Of a DNA stretch of 64,000 nt, positions 26,601-38,300 are shown in pieces. The number at the start of each line of letters is the position of its first letter. Position 1 is the stretch's first letter. The notes beneath the pieces were generated by a model. The model did not search any database and was not told the origin of the DNA. It worked only from the letters and a program-made list of their open reading frames with translations. The DNA comes from Botryllus schlosseri. Lineage: Eukaryota. The position numbers and the translations under genes are program-made. The DNA is taken from assembly GCA_051294905.1 (NCBI GenBank), contig CM119378.1:930001-994000 (forward strand). Reading direction: 5' to 3'.

Positions 26601-29600
26601 TCTCACAAAATATCACCGACACGAAATTTCGGATATTCTGAATAAAAATGTACATTACTTCTAGACTTCTACTGTTGCTTGAGTGCCAGAGATAATATGG
26701 CTGCCATGAATACTTCTATACAGAATTACAATGCTACAACAAACAAACCAGGCTCATCTTCCAGGTATGAATCTTCCGAGTCGCTCAACTTCGACCGACT
26801 CAACTTCGAATTGGGTCGATACGCAGATTCCGAGCCCCCGGGGTCGTATTCCTCGTGACATTCCTGGTCCGATTCCGGGTCGGAGTTTGGCGTAGGCGAC
26901 ACGACGTAATTACTGGACGGGTCGTACTCTTCGATCCTGGCGTTGAAATTCAAAAGATCAGCTCCGATACGCACAAACTCTCAAACACATTTATACAAAC
27001 TACTGGGTTTTCAAAAGGCGCAACCGAAACTAGAACTACAGCTATTCGCTTTTAAAATCGTAGTCAGAAGTACAACTATTCACTTTTCAATATCTAGAAC
27101 TAAAATTACTCACTTCTTTAAATACGCAACTAGAACTGCAACCACCAAAAACAGTAGTCAGTTGGCCGTCATCTAGCTAGATAGGCAATTTGCACAAGTC
27201 TGAGGCAGACTCTCACACGCAGCTAGGTTACCTTGTCGGAGTGATTGATTCCACGGTGACACCGCGGCCGTCTTTGGGTCGTCGCGAGGTTCCCGCATCG
27301 CTGACATCGTTCTGCACATAGCATCATGTTACTGACAAATCAAATCATGGCTAGGCCTGGGAAAAATCGGGTACTCAAGTGATTTGAGTATCTGAAAATA
27401 ATGACAGCATAACAGCGTAGATGATGTGTGGAGTTCGAGTATCTACTTTCTATGTGACCACAAAGAAAGTAATACCATCAATTAGGTATATATACGACGA
27501 TACCTACCTCAGTGCATTTTGTGACAATGCTTTGGATTGATTCGCAGATATGTCAGTAACACTAATGCGTGTGGCTTTGTACTGTATGTTTCTATGCTGT
27601 GATACAATCAATCGGGGTTTCAAGGATTGGGCAAAAAGTATAAAAACTATAATCCATTTTGACATATGTAAATCTTAATAAAAAGGGGTGTATAGCTGCA
27701 GTACTCTAAATAATGGTATCCGACCACTCTTGAATCAGCGTAGTAATAATCGATTCAGATGTGAGGGCTCAAACCCCAGCATAATCGCGGCATTGATGCT
27801 TATTGTCGTGTGCACAACATGAATTTTCACATCTACACAAATAAGGAGCCTCACTTCAATATGGCGGTTTTTCCGTTTCTTCTTGGGTTTGGGGGATAAT
27901 TTTTCTTTCTTGATACGGATGGGCGGAGTCAAGGCTTCTTGTTGTGTTCCCTGTCAGAGAGGGAAAGCAGACATTTTCAGTTCCCGTTTTTAGCTTAAAA
28001 CTCCAGCCTGACAGATTATTATCAGTTTGCCGATGATATAAAATCGATATCATGCTTTGAAAGAAATAACAGTATCAGTTAGAGGTAATAAATTATCACA
28101 GTTTTCGTGACGTCACAATATGGAAGTAGTAGTAGTGTGGGAGTCAGACAACTAGAATCTACAACTGCTAGGGTGCGAATGTTGAAATATTTCTTCCTAT
28201 AGCTTACAAGTGTCCAGACGGAGTCATTTAGTTTATCTCGTGTCAAAACATAGCAATGGCTGTAAAGCTGTCCAAATAAATGCAGTGATTATTCGAAATT
28301 TCAAGCGTGTGACGTCCGAATTGGTAATACAGCTGCTGTTAAACGAAGCCGACTTGGATAATTCTAGATAATATTTGGGGTATTTTAATATATGCCATAT
28401 CTTTTGAATATATGGAGGTTATCCGTGAAGGTGCTAAGCATCGGTTTTATAGGTGTCGTTTCTTACCAACTGAAGGAAGACTTACCTCACAATGCCAATT
28501 TTGCGAAGGGTCATATTCTTCATCTGTATCATTTTGCACCTGCATTTTTGCGGGTTTGTACCCGTTTGACTCCTTAAACGAAAGAATGCTCGATTTCATA
28601 GACATACACACAAATTCAGTGAAGCTTTCTCACCGTATGGTCCAAGGAATCCATTTTCCAGTTCTGGGCAGGATCGTAGGAACAAGGCTCGCTTTTAACC
28701 TTGCTGGCGTAGTAGTTTTCTCTATAAAATATAAATGCATCAGCAGACTTTTCAAAATGTGCAACTAGAACTAGTACCAACAACTTAGCTAGAAACTAGC
28801 TATTTAAAACACAACTAACCAGATTCAATTTCAATGCAATCATTAATTTTATTTTGTCGGAGCGGCTTTCCAATTAGCATCTCTTACCCCCACCCAATAG
28901 CAACTTAACTAAGAGATCTATCGACTACTCGGGACCTATCATCTGGAATGCATTACCACCACATATCCGTGAATTGCCTTATAATGGATTCAAAAAAGCC
29001 CTACTTGATCACCTCTTGTCGTTACACTAACACTGTTGCCCTACCTCGCCCAGACATTGCTTCATTGATCATTTGCTACCATCGTTCAATTTTTCTTCAA
29101 TTTTTTTTAACTACCGTAACATTTTTTACAGCCAGACTGTTTAGAGTCAAGTGTACCTGTTTGATGATGTATTTTGGTTGGATAAAAATAAAGACTCTCT
29201 CTCTCTCTCTCACTACAAGTTTGAGATAATTGAGTGTTTCGATCTGAAAAACCTACCCCTGGCTGCGGCACTGTTAGTAGTGAAGACTTTGAGCTAGCAG
29301 TGGCTGCTATAACATCACACAACAGAACACCAATATCGTGATTCACGCCAAAAGACGACACCGTATTTTAGTTGTTCAGCAACTAGAACTAGGATTACTC
29401 GTTTTTCAAACTATGAAACTAGAACCAGCATCTTTACTAAAAGCGGCAGCAAGAACTGGGATTATTACTCAACAAAACAATAGTTAATTGACCATCTGTC
29501 AACTAATTCGACTCGAAGTTCCCACGAGTTGTGTGAGATAGAACAAAATATGGAAGGTTACCCTTTGTTTTTACTGAGTTGAATGCCGACATTTGCCACT

Positions 29601-31424
29601 TTCTTCCATTTGGCCACGATTTCTCGCGAAAATTCACCGAGAGCTTTCTCTTTACGTAGTTTGTGAACGGCTTTACCGACTCCGGTGGCCTGTGATGTAG
29701 AAGTGATTCATAATGTAAATAAGTGAATAGTATATTCATATTGAAATAAACTTGAATGTTTTCGGCTGACACTCGTCAGGGGTAATCGTCAGCAACTAGT
29801 AGAGAATTGGAACTCTACTAGTTGCTGACGATTACCCCTGACGAGTGTCAGCCGAAAACATTCAAGTTCATTTCAATATGAATATACTCTTCAATTGTAT
29901 ATTGAAGTTCTGTACCTCCAAGAAGCTCTTCAATGTAAATAATGTGATGTAAATAAATAGGATATAGGCTGAATAATACATACACTCAAAATTTCAATAT
30001 GCAATCAGTTTGATGCGTAAGGTACGTGGGATAAATTTGAAAATTTATACAGTGTTACTCATGCTCATTGCTCACCTTTAAAAGATCGACTGTCATCTCA
30101 ATTTCATTCAGTTTTTGCAGAGCTCGGAATACCTGAATAGAAGTCAATTCAATTTAGGCTCTATATCAAATCACCGAATACTCAATATCTCCACGTCGAC
30201 TTGAGTTACGAGTGGACGCATGATGGCTTATCTATACTTAATTTACCAAGTCAGACTTAAATTATGATAACTTGTAATTCGAGCATGTGACAGTTTAGCA
30301 TGTCACTCTAAAACTAACCCTAATAGTAAATTTAAATCACAAGCCAGAAGTTGTGCAATGTGCATAAGAGTTGAACGTACAAATTGCCGATAGGCTGTTG
30401 TTCAAACAAACTGTTCTATCCAGGGGGTGTCCATTGCATGAACCACTGCATAAAATTTACAGTTGATCCATGATGAAAAGATATCACGAAGGGAGTCGAA
30501 TACGACGTCAGGTTAAGCATACTACATCCTCATAAGGTTACCAGTAGCAGCTATCTGTGCTAGACATGGTACAATCATGGACTTATGCATCAGTGCGAAC
30601 GTTGGCTTAATTTCTGGGAATTTAGACCTTGTGACATTATCCGTTTTCAAAAGTCTCAAGTATACGGTATTTCGAGGTAACTGTTGGTTGACCATATCCA
30701 CGTGTAAATATGTTTTGAACATAGGATTTCGTATTAGGTACGTCGGTTCATGCATTTGCATTCGTGTTTAAGATGAATCTTCTGAAAAGTTCGACTAACA
30801 AAATCGTATATAAGTATTCGCATATATAAGTCAATTCAACTCGCCAGTTGAGACATTATCATGTATGGTAGATTAGGGCAACAGCCAAATGCAGCGCAGT
30901 GTACAAATAGGGTTAATCAACTTACGAAAGTTTAAAAAACTGCTATGAACTAATCTACATCTGTACAAATTTGATACGTCATAACTATGAAATCCGGTAT
31001 TAGCAAAAGCAACGAGCGACATTCATTTTTTGTTCTGTTGGTCACAGCGAGTGTGAGAATTGTAGTTTTTATTTCTAGCTGGTTTTTTAAATCTTGGTTC
31101 TAAAGTGGTGAGTGTGAGGCGAAAGTTTACACTGGTCATACAGATGCGAAATCTATTTTTCATCAAGTTCATCCCCGAAAAAACTTCACACCCACAAATC
31201 AACAATACTGGGTTTGGTGATGTCAAAAAAAAACTAGTATACGGAAAATTAAGGTCCGGATGCAACACTGAAAGGTTCAGCCCTGGTCTCTAAGCACCTT
31301 TTTGGCCTCATTTTCTCCGAGTAATCACATGACTACATGGAATCAGCACACTGACCTTCTTGAACTCATACTGTGTGTTTAACCGGGCTTTGTATTTTTC
31401 AATCAATGCAACAGTTTCTTCCAT
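20650..31424 (-). CDS. ELOA: Elongin A (RNA polymerase II elongation factor SIII subunit A)
   Basis: Phase-consistent exons: 31424-31356, 30132-30076, 29689-29562, 28721-28634, 28572-28486, 27950-27855, 27311-27232, 26936-26749, 25672-25620, 25561-24922, 23196-22907, 22165-21928, 20714-20650. N-terminal TFIIS-N/LW domain (DLLKATGVGKAVHKLRK...IVAKWKK), BC-box region (MSLFDQCMMVLMNNIDAIDSFGGIPF), ESWREMYLRL, AKPPRSVRRAQEKYGT, and C-terminus RIAPMMAKTLKSIGKMRFRR*. Confidence 0.93.
21290..21707. mobile_element. Fold-back MITE family copy
   Basis: tagggctgttcaaaaat...tttttgaagagcctta; perfect TSD ctgtacag. Confidence 0.85.
23770..23981. mobile_element. Decayed inverted pair of the PLE hammerhead repeat
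   Basis: Antisense copy with tail (agagcttcttagaggtacagaacttc...ttttcggctgacactcgtcaggggta), then a sense copy (tgctgacaaatacccatgatgagtgtcag...gggttcatttcaata). Confidence 0.8.
23982..24862. mobile_element. Tc1/mariner (pogo/Tigger-like) MITE
   Basis: TA-ctgtaattttctatgtata...tatacttggaaaattacgg-TA, with subterminal gggtgcgta(t/c)t repeats. Inserted at a TA in the right-hand end of the PLE remnant. Confidence 0.7.
25799..26630. mobile_element. PLE remnants: sense 3' end at 25799-25879 and an antisense copy at ~25946-26630 split by a hAT MITE
   Basis: Sense: gtcagccgaaaatattcgggttc...gtacctcaaagaagct. Antisense: tcttggaggtacggaact...[MITE 25984-26494]...ctttcggctgacactcgtcaggggtaatcgtcagcaactagtagagaattg. 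Confidence 0.8.
25984..26494. mobile_element. hAT-type MITE, GACTCGAGTC family
   Basis: cagggttttaa...ttacaaccctg; TSD atataaaa/atataata. Confidence 0.85.
28880..29211 (+). mobile_element. 5'-truncated LINE (CR1/L2-group) 3' end
   Basis: Encodes TKRSIDYSGPIIWNALPPHIRELPYNGFKKALLDHLLSLH* (stop at 29030), a typical ORF2 C-terminus, followed by a 3' UTR, aataaa and a (ct)n tail. Confidence 0.8.
29723..29931 (+). mobile_element. Short fold-back PLE insertion (hammerhead region only) in ELOA intron 29690-30075
   Basis: Arms 29724-29804 and 29813-29893 with an 8-nt loop, and a 38-nt tail ending aagaagctcttc as in the 1486 copy. TSD aatgtaaataa at 29712-29722 and 29932-29942. Hammerhead core at 29824-29867 with mutated stems I and III. 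Confidence 0.85.
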
Positions 31425-32411
31425 TTCTCTTGCTTAAAATTGCTTCCTGTTTTTGGCACAGATCAGCTAACAAGTATTCAAACGACTTCCATCTAAATAT
31501 ATCAAGAAAACCAAGAATGAGTAGATCCGATTGGAGTTAACTCGGACAGCAGTGATCAGATCACAGTTAACAGACTAGAAACCATGGTTGTTTTCAGCAA
31601 TTAATCGTGCGCGAGTCAGGCGAGTGAAGGGTTTATTGCATAGAATATTCACTTCAACAGAAAATTGAACGTTATGTTTTTGTTTCAAATCAATTCCACC
31701 ACAATCACGAACTCCAATGGATCCCAGACAGTGTACATGACTTTACCTTTAGGCATATTAATTGAATTAGGCCAAATTGGGGCAGCTACAGTACAGTTTA
31801 CAAAGCTGATTCGGAACAGGAAGTTTTAAAATTTTATAAATAAATTCGAACTATATTATATAACTACACAAGATTTTGCAGCACTTCATGTTTTACAATT
31901 GGTATTCCTTCTTTCAATTCATTCTTGAAGAATCACACTTAACGATTGCATAAATGAGGACACGGTCATAAACTGAGATGCAAAAGTATTCGAACAAATG
32001 CCATCAATCCACTCCAGCACGAGTCGAGCAAAGTGTATGTTTAAGCAGCTCATCGAAGCGTGACGCCAGCTGGTTACGACGTCATCAACTCATCGAGTCA
32101 ATCAAGTCATCATGAAGGAAGTGAAGGTCAAAGGTACAAATCCACCATTCCAAATTAGAAATATATTCGATATATAGATATTGGTCACGCACGGACCATG
32201 GTTTTACAGGATCAAGATCCAAACCGGTTTAGTAACATATAATCCAAATCCAAAATAGTCCTGCTAGTAGTCGTCGATATTTTTCTAATCACACCGCGGC
32301 AATGTATTTCAGAAGTTTTCTATTATCGGTTCGGTTCGGTTTATTAGCAATTTATATCAGTGAAAGTGTGAGCGACCCCTTCCGAGTATACTATTCTACT
32401 ATACTAGTCAC

Positions 32412-34302
32412 CAGTGGCGGCTCGTCCTATAGGGCAACTGGGGCATTGCCCCACCTAAAATTCTGTTCAATAACAATTCTTTACCATTTATAGACGCACA
32501 CCTATCTATATAAACCGAAATCACAGCGAAAATCGTATACTTCTTGTCCTTTCGCTTGTAAATGCCCATATATAGCGAAGTCTATGCGAAAATCGAATTC
32601 TCTTCTGTGTTTCCGCTTTGCGAATGCCTAGCCGGGGCTTGCCCCGGTAGCGCTCATAACAAGCTTTCACTGTCTATTCTCTCAAAACCGCGCACAATAA
32701 AGAAACGGTGATTTACTCTCTCCTATTCATAAAATTACCGAGCAACCGGGGCACGATAGCTCTGTGCCCTTAAGGTGTGATGTAACAATCGTATCTATAG
32801 CTGAACTCTGTTACCGTCATATGCGTTTAGTCGACCTTTGCTGGTATAGGTCGATTTTAATGGGGTTTCACACCATGAAAACTCTTGAAACTTGTTATGT
32901 CATGTCGTGATGGTGGTATTTAACACTGCCCCAATTTTCAGGGTTTCTACTTAAAGTTTAGGGTAGTAATTCCGTTTCCGAAGTTGAGTGTGTGCTGATC
33001 CGTCATGTATCGCAAACAGATTTTACTCAAAAGCCGGTATTGGTATCCATTGGTTTTGACGGTGTTCAATACTGAGATCGGTTATGACATTTGGCACGGT
33101 AAGTCTTAATGTTAGTATCGAACGCTGTACCAAGTTTTAAGTTTGTCACTGAACTGTGTTAGTGGTAATTTCGTTTCCTAATTCGAGTGAGAGCTGACTC
33201 GTCATTTATCGCTAACAGATTATACGCAAAGCCGGTATTGGTCTCTATTGATTTTAACGATGCTCCTTACCTAGATCCGTCATAAGCTTTTGCACGGTAT
33301 GTCTTGATTTTAGTATCGAACGCTGTGCCAAGTCTCCAGGTTGACACTCAATGATTAGGGCAGTAATTTCGTTATCAAGGTCGAGTATGGTAAAGATGTG
33401 CTCCGATCTGACACTTTAGCCTACAACACATTGCGGATTTCACGCAAAAGCCGGTGTATCTGCGGTAACGTTAAGTGAGATGATGATATCATTCTCAGTT
33501 TGCATTCAAATATTTACTTTGATCGTATATTCTCCAATGTCAATTTCACCGTGAAATTGTGGCTTCAAGCCATTTGCGTACAACCCCCCCGTCACTTGAT
33601 CAGCCTATTCCTCAGTAAATTTTACGCAAAATTCGGTGTTGGTCTGTTCGCATTAATTTTGACAGTGTACCATACCGAAAAGGGCCATGAGGCCACTTCT
33701 CGATAATGTCATGTAACAGTGTACCAAGTTTAGGGCTTTCATCCACGTATTTATTCGGTAATATATTTTTCAAAGGCGATTTCGCAGCAGACCTATAAGA
33801 CAGTAATAAAAACGTATGTGTCGTGTTACAGTCTCCAGTTTCAAGGCCAAAATCTCTTATGCTGTACCGAGACCAAATTTCCGAGGCTGCCATTCTTAGT
33901 CCTTTACAATGATGTTTTGGATTCAATAGGACAGGCCCAATCTATGAGATAACAATTGCGTATCTGTCCGAATTCGTTGACCTTTCCAATTAGGCTTACG
34001 CTATCTCTCGAGTTATAGTCATTTCCATTTATGCAGATAATTAGTCAGGTCTAATGCGAACATGAACCGTGTTGAATCTTTGTTCCGTACGCCGTTTACG
34101 CAGTTACCACACTTCAAGTCACAGCTCACCAGCGGACCTCTCGTGGCACATACGTTAAAATCACTGTTGCCGGGAAATTCATGTTACCGTACCATCATTA
34201 AGTTACTTGTTTACGTTGGAAAACGCCATTGTGACGTCATCTTGATAAAAAGTCGCTTGCAGCCCTTGCCCCACCACCCGATATTGTCACGAGCCGCCAC
34301 TG
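32412..34302. mobile_element. 1.9-kb non-autonomous hAT-type element
   Basis: Perfect TIR cagtggcggctcgt/acgagccgccactg and perfect TSD ctagtcac; no transposase ORF. Confidence 0.88.
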
Positions 34303-34318
34303 CTAGTCACACTTTCAT

Positions 34319-34468
34319 ATGTGTGCCTTGGAGTCGACTTTTATCAAAATACACCAGCCAAGGCTGAGTCAACAAAAAGGGTTCGTGTATCATCTAAAAA
34401 TAGTACATTGAACGCTCTCGTATTCGACATTTCGTGCTGGTGACTTAATATTTTGTGTTGCGATTGTT
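34319..34468 (+). mobile_element. PLE remnant covering the ORF C-terminus
   Basis: gtgtgccttggagtcgacttttatcaaaatacaccagcc...aaaatagtacattgaacgctctc matches 1812-1960. Confidence 0.8.
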
Positions 34469-34472
34469 ATAT

Positions 34473-34509
34473 TATAGATAACTAACCTACGGTAGGTTAG
34501 TTATCTATA
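34473..34509. mobile_element. 37-bp perfect hairpin micro-element with a 7-bp flanking direct repeat
   Basis: tatagataactaacctac-g-gtaggttagttatctata, flanked by gttatat at 34466-34472 and 34510-34516. Confidence 0.6.
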
Positions 34510-34520
34510 GTTATATACGA

Positions 34521-35830
34521 CAGGACTGGGCAAAGTGCGGCCCGCGGGCCAAATGTGGCCTGCCGAGCGATTCTGTGCGGCCCACGAAAGGGTGCTTGAA
34601 ATTTAAAATATCAAACCTAATTTTTAGTGTTGCTGCGTGGAATAAAACCATACGATGTATAAACTGGACCGGAAATTCGTTTACTATCAAGCCTGTTCAT
34701 TAACATACCGTGATTACGCAGCCTATACGTACCCCACATGCCTAATCCAGATTTCAACTATAAAAGTCAATACAGCAAGTTATGCCGTTAGAATTAAAGT
34801 CACAAGAAGCCACCAAACCTTCTTTGGTACCATTGTCACATTACGCATTACACGGTCTGTGTTTCAAATTGTTACGTGATGTGTTTCCAAATCCATGATT
34901 CATGAAACAAGTGAATCAACGCCCATGATTTCTATGAATATCACCACCCAAAAAGGATGTCAAAAAAAAGAAAGCCGAAAGTTGAAATTACAAGATGGTT
35001 AATAACTGCAACCTTCGCTAATCAACAAGGCCATTTCGGCAAGCTGCACACTTCTCAGAAACCAGCTACCAACACAATATGCTGTATATTATCCTTAGGA
35101 CCGTAATTACCGCACCTCAAACACCCCAATTGCATGGCGAGCTCGACGGACGCCCAAAATTATTTCATGAGTGAACATAAATTATAGGGTATTTTTTGAA
35201 AATGTATGCAACTTCATTCACTGTTTTTTAGAATGGGCATTTCGGCGTTAGCCATCACCGCGCCACGACGCACCAAGATAAATGAACTTTAGGCCAACAC
35301 GGGATTCCGAGAAGGCACTGCAATTGCAGCTGCTGATCAAATTAACTATGGAATAAAACTCGCCGACAACGAGAAAACGTATTGGCCGAAAAGGACTGCA
35401 CTTATGTTGACCGAAAACCACAAAGTCCAATTGTCCATGGGCAATATTTGCCAGTGAAGATATATACCAATCGGGAATCGGGGTCATCTTTTTAGTTTGG
35501 TACGCTTTCGGCGATTTCAATATTATTTCACATAGCAGACGGGAGGTCACGAAATAACAACATGTAACGAAGTAATTATACTAACGGGCCTCCCGAATAT
35601 TTCCAAGACAGTACCTCACTCAGCTCTGGTGGTAAAACTGAGTAGGCCACTACGTGGGCTGAGAGAGGTTAAAAAATATGGTAATATATTTGCAATTACC
35701 AATATCATTGACCGATTGAATCATGAAAAAATCAAATCAATACGCTGGATATTCTAAAATTTCCGACTCGGCCCGCCAACATATTTCTGCTCCTCATTTG
35801 GCCGCGGAAAAAAATAATTGCCCACCCCTG
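34521..35830. mobile_element. hAT (Charlie-like) non-autonomous element
   Basis: caggactgggcaa-agtgcggcccgcgggcc...ttgcccacccctg; TSD not clear. Confidence 0.65.
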
Positions 35831-36408
35831 ATCTAGGTTAGGCCTACCATATTTTCAGATCCAAAAAATAGAACACTTTTTTCCACGTTTCAATAACAGA
35901 CATAAAAACGATGGATTCATATACAGATAATTGTAATTCTAAATGAGTTGATCTTTATTTACAACACTCGCGGCAATGCCCGAAAACCCCGGTTTCCATG
36001 GATAGTTAATTGTGTCGGGTTGACCTTTTTAGTTTTCACGGTCTAATCCCGTAAAACTCAAAGCAAAAAAAGAAAGAGGACGGCATGCTAATGATGATTA
36101 CTACTAAATAAATATAGTCCATCCTCAAAATTACTGGACCACGACCTGACTTATCGATCTCACCTTCCATGACATGCCACCCCATTTTTGTCGCTTGCTT
36201 TTTCTATACTATCTTCTTTACTTTTCATTCAGTGTGCATGCCTCCTCTTTACATCGCCTAGGCCAAAGTGGGTGTTTGATTCCATAGATTACTCCAAGTC
36301 GCTTCGACAACTTCCTATCCTTTCATTGTATCGCATTTTTGTGGTGTATTGAACTGATAAAATTGCTAATAAACCAACGATATGATGATGATGAGGATGA
36401 CATTTGAG

Positions 36409-37631
36409 CAGCGGTGGTCAAAGTAGTCAAAAAGGCTACTCAAGTAGAAGTAGCGACGAAAAAATCTACTCAAGTACGAGTAGAAGTACTTCTTCCATAA
36501 GCTACCTAAAACTACTTGAAGTAGAAGTAGAATCGAATGACTTCAAATCTACTCAAGAAAGTAAGTAGGTTTTGAAAACGATCGTAATTCGTTCGCATGG
36601 ATTGTCAAAAGGTGCAAATTGAGCTATGCGAAAGGTGCCGAGCTTGATTCATATTGATGCATACCAGGAGGTATTCAATTTTCGACAGCATAAACATTCG
36701 TCCGCATTATGCGATGAAAATGATAGTATTGATATGGAAATGCGATACTAATCCTCTGTTTAATCAAACAGCACATTTTAGAAAATATCATTGTATGGCG
36801 CACTCCCCTATATTACAAAGGCCCGTAGTTTAGTCGAAGAGCAATACGGAGAAGTTGTATAGGATACGATATCAAACACTTTGCGCGATTAGTAAACATG
36901 AATAAAAAATATGGTAGATCGTAAAAATGCCATATTGTGTAGCTTTATTTCCGGAAATTAAAGGCATTACTATACACTTGCTTTTATACTTCAACATGTA
37001 TGTTATCCACACAAAAGAACTGATATTAATTAGAACTCAAAGTATATGATACTGGGAATTAAAAGTAATATATAAATACTACTTCTAAAAGTGAAAAATG
37101 TATTTCATGTCTTAGTTCAGAAAGTTTCAAAGGTGGTATGCTAAAACAGCCCTAAAACTAAAAAAAGTCCACTTTTCCAGCGACACGTCATGGACTGCTG
37201 CGATATGGTCAGTAAACGCGCTAGATTGCGAAACATCAGTTTCAAACGTTATGATGAGCCATATGTACCGTGATAAAATATTTCATGTGGGTGAAGGGCG
37301 ACAATGCGGTGTGAACACAAACCCCCTAGCTAAATTATATTCACCGATACTTTCATGAAATCATACTGGTTACACCGTTTCAACTGAGCGCGAAGCGCTT
37401 CGAAAATTCTGAGTTTTACTTAACTTTTAAATTCAAAACAGCCCTGAAATTCCTCAGGCTATTTTCCTGATTGGAGGATTAAACTACTTCTAGTTGACGA
37501 ACTGAAAATGGTGATAAGTAAGTAAGTAGATCACAAAGTAGAAGTAGAAGTAGCGAGTAAGTACCGGAAGTAGATGAATACTACTTGTGTATTTCGAAAA
37601 AGTAAAAGTACTTCGTTACTGACCAACTCTG
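36409..37631. mobile_element. Non-autonomous hAT-type element with AGTAG/CTACT subterminal repeats
   Basis: cagcggtggtca...tgaccaactctg; TSD catttgag/catttggg. Nested in a tagggttaccatat-type MITE (~35835-37710). Confidence 0.78.
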
Positions 37632-37724
37632 CATTTGGGTGTCCTTGGAGGACACACCTCTTTTAACAAAGAGGACAAATCCTCCTAAAAGCGGATATAT
37701 GGTATCCCTAATTTTATCATTTTT

Positions 37725-38300
37725 CAATTCAATTCAATTTATTGCCAAATATTTTATCATTTCAATACACAAGACTGCGATACAATGAAAGATAGGAAGG
37801 TGTCGAAACGACTTAGAGTAGTCTACGATATCAGACACCCACCTGGCCTGGGTGGTGTAAAAAAGGAGGCATGCACACTGAATGAAAAGGTGACAAACTA
37901 AGGTGTGTCGGAAGGCGAGATCGATGTGTCCAGTCGTGGTCCGGTAAACTAGATGGCTAACTATAGTATCCATTCAGTAGAAATTGTTTGTATTTCGACT
38001 TGAATGTGGACATGCTCGATGACTGTCGGATACCCGACGAGATACTGTTCCACAAATCAGGTCCGGCATATTTGATGGAGCGATGATGGATGATCGCTTT
38101 CGTCCATCATATGATAGTTGGACGTCGTGGACATGCGTATGTCGTACCTATGCACTTTTGATACCGATGTAAAGAAGTCATTTAAGTTTTCGGGGCAGTG
38201 GAACTGATACATAAACTTCGTAACTTCTAGTTTCCGCATATCTTTTATGTTTAGGACATCGAATCTTTTGAGCAGTTATTTGTTGGACACACATCCCGAT
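37725..38300 (-). mobile_element. Decayed LINE (CR1/L2-group) 3' end of a second family
   Basis: The ORF remnant KFMYQFHCPENLNDFFTSVSKVHRYDIR resembles the ORF2 C-terminal region. The 3' UTR is shared with copies at ~15740-15960 (+), ~18165-18450 (-) and ~36110-36395 (+), which end in (gat)n-type tails. Confidence 0.65.

Noticed and set aside
28948..29229. Duplicated ORF MHYHHISVNCLI… (also 43389-43586) as a small gene family
   Set aside because: Wrong reading frame of a LINE 3' end; the meaningful frame is …WNALPPHIRELP…*.
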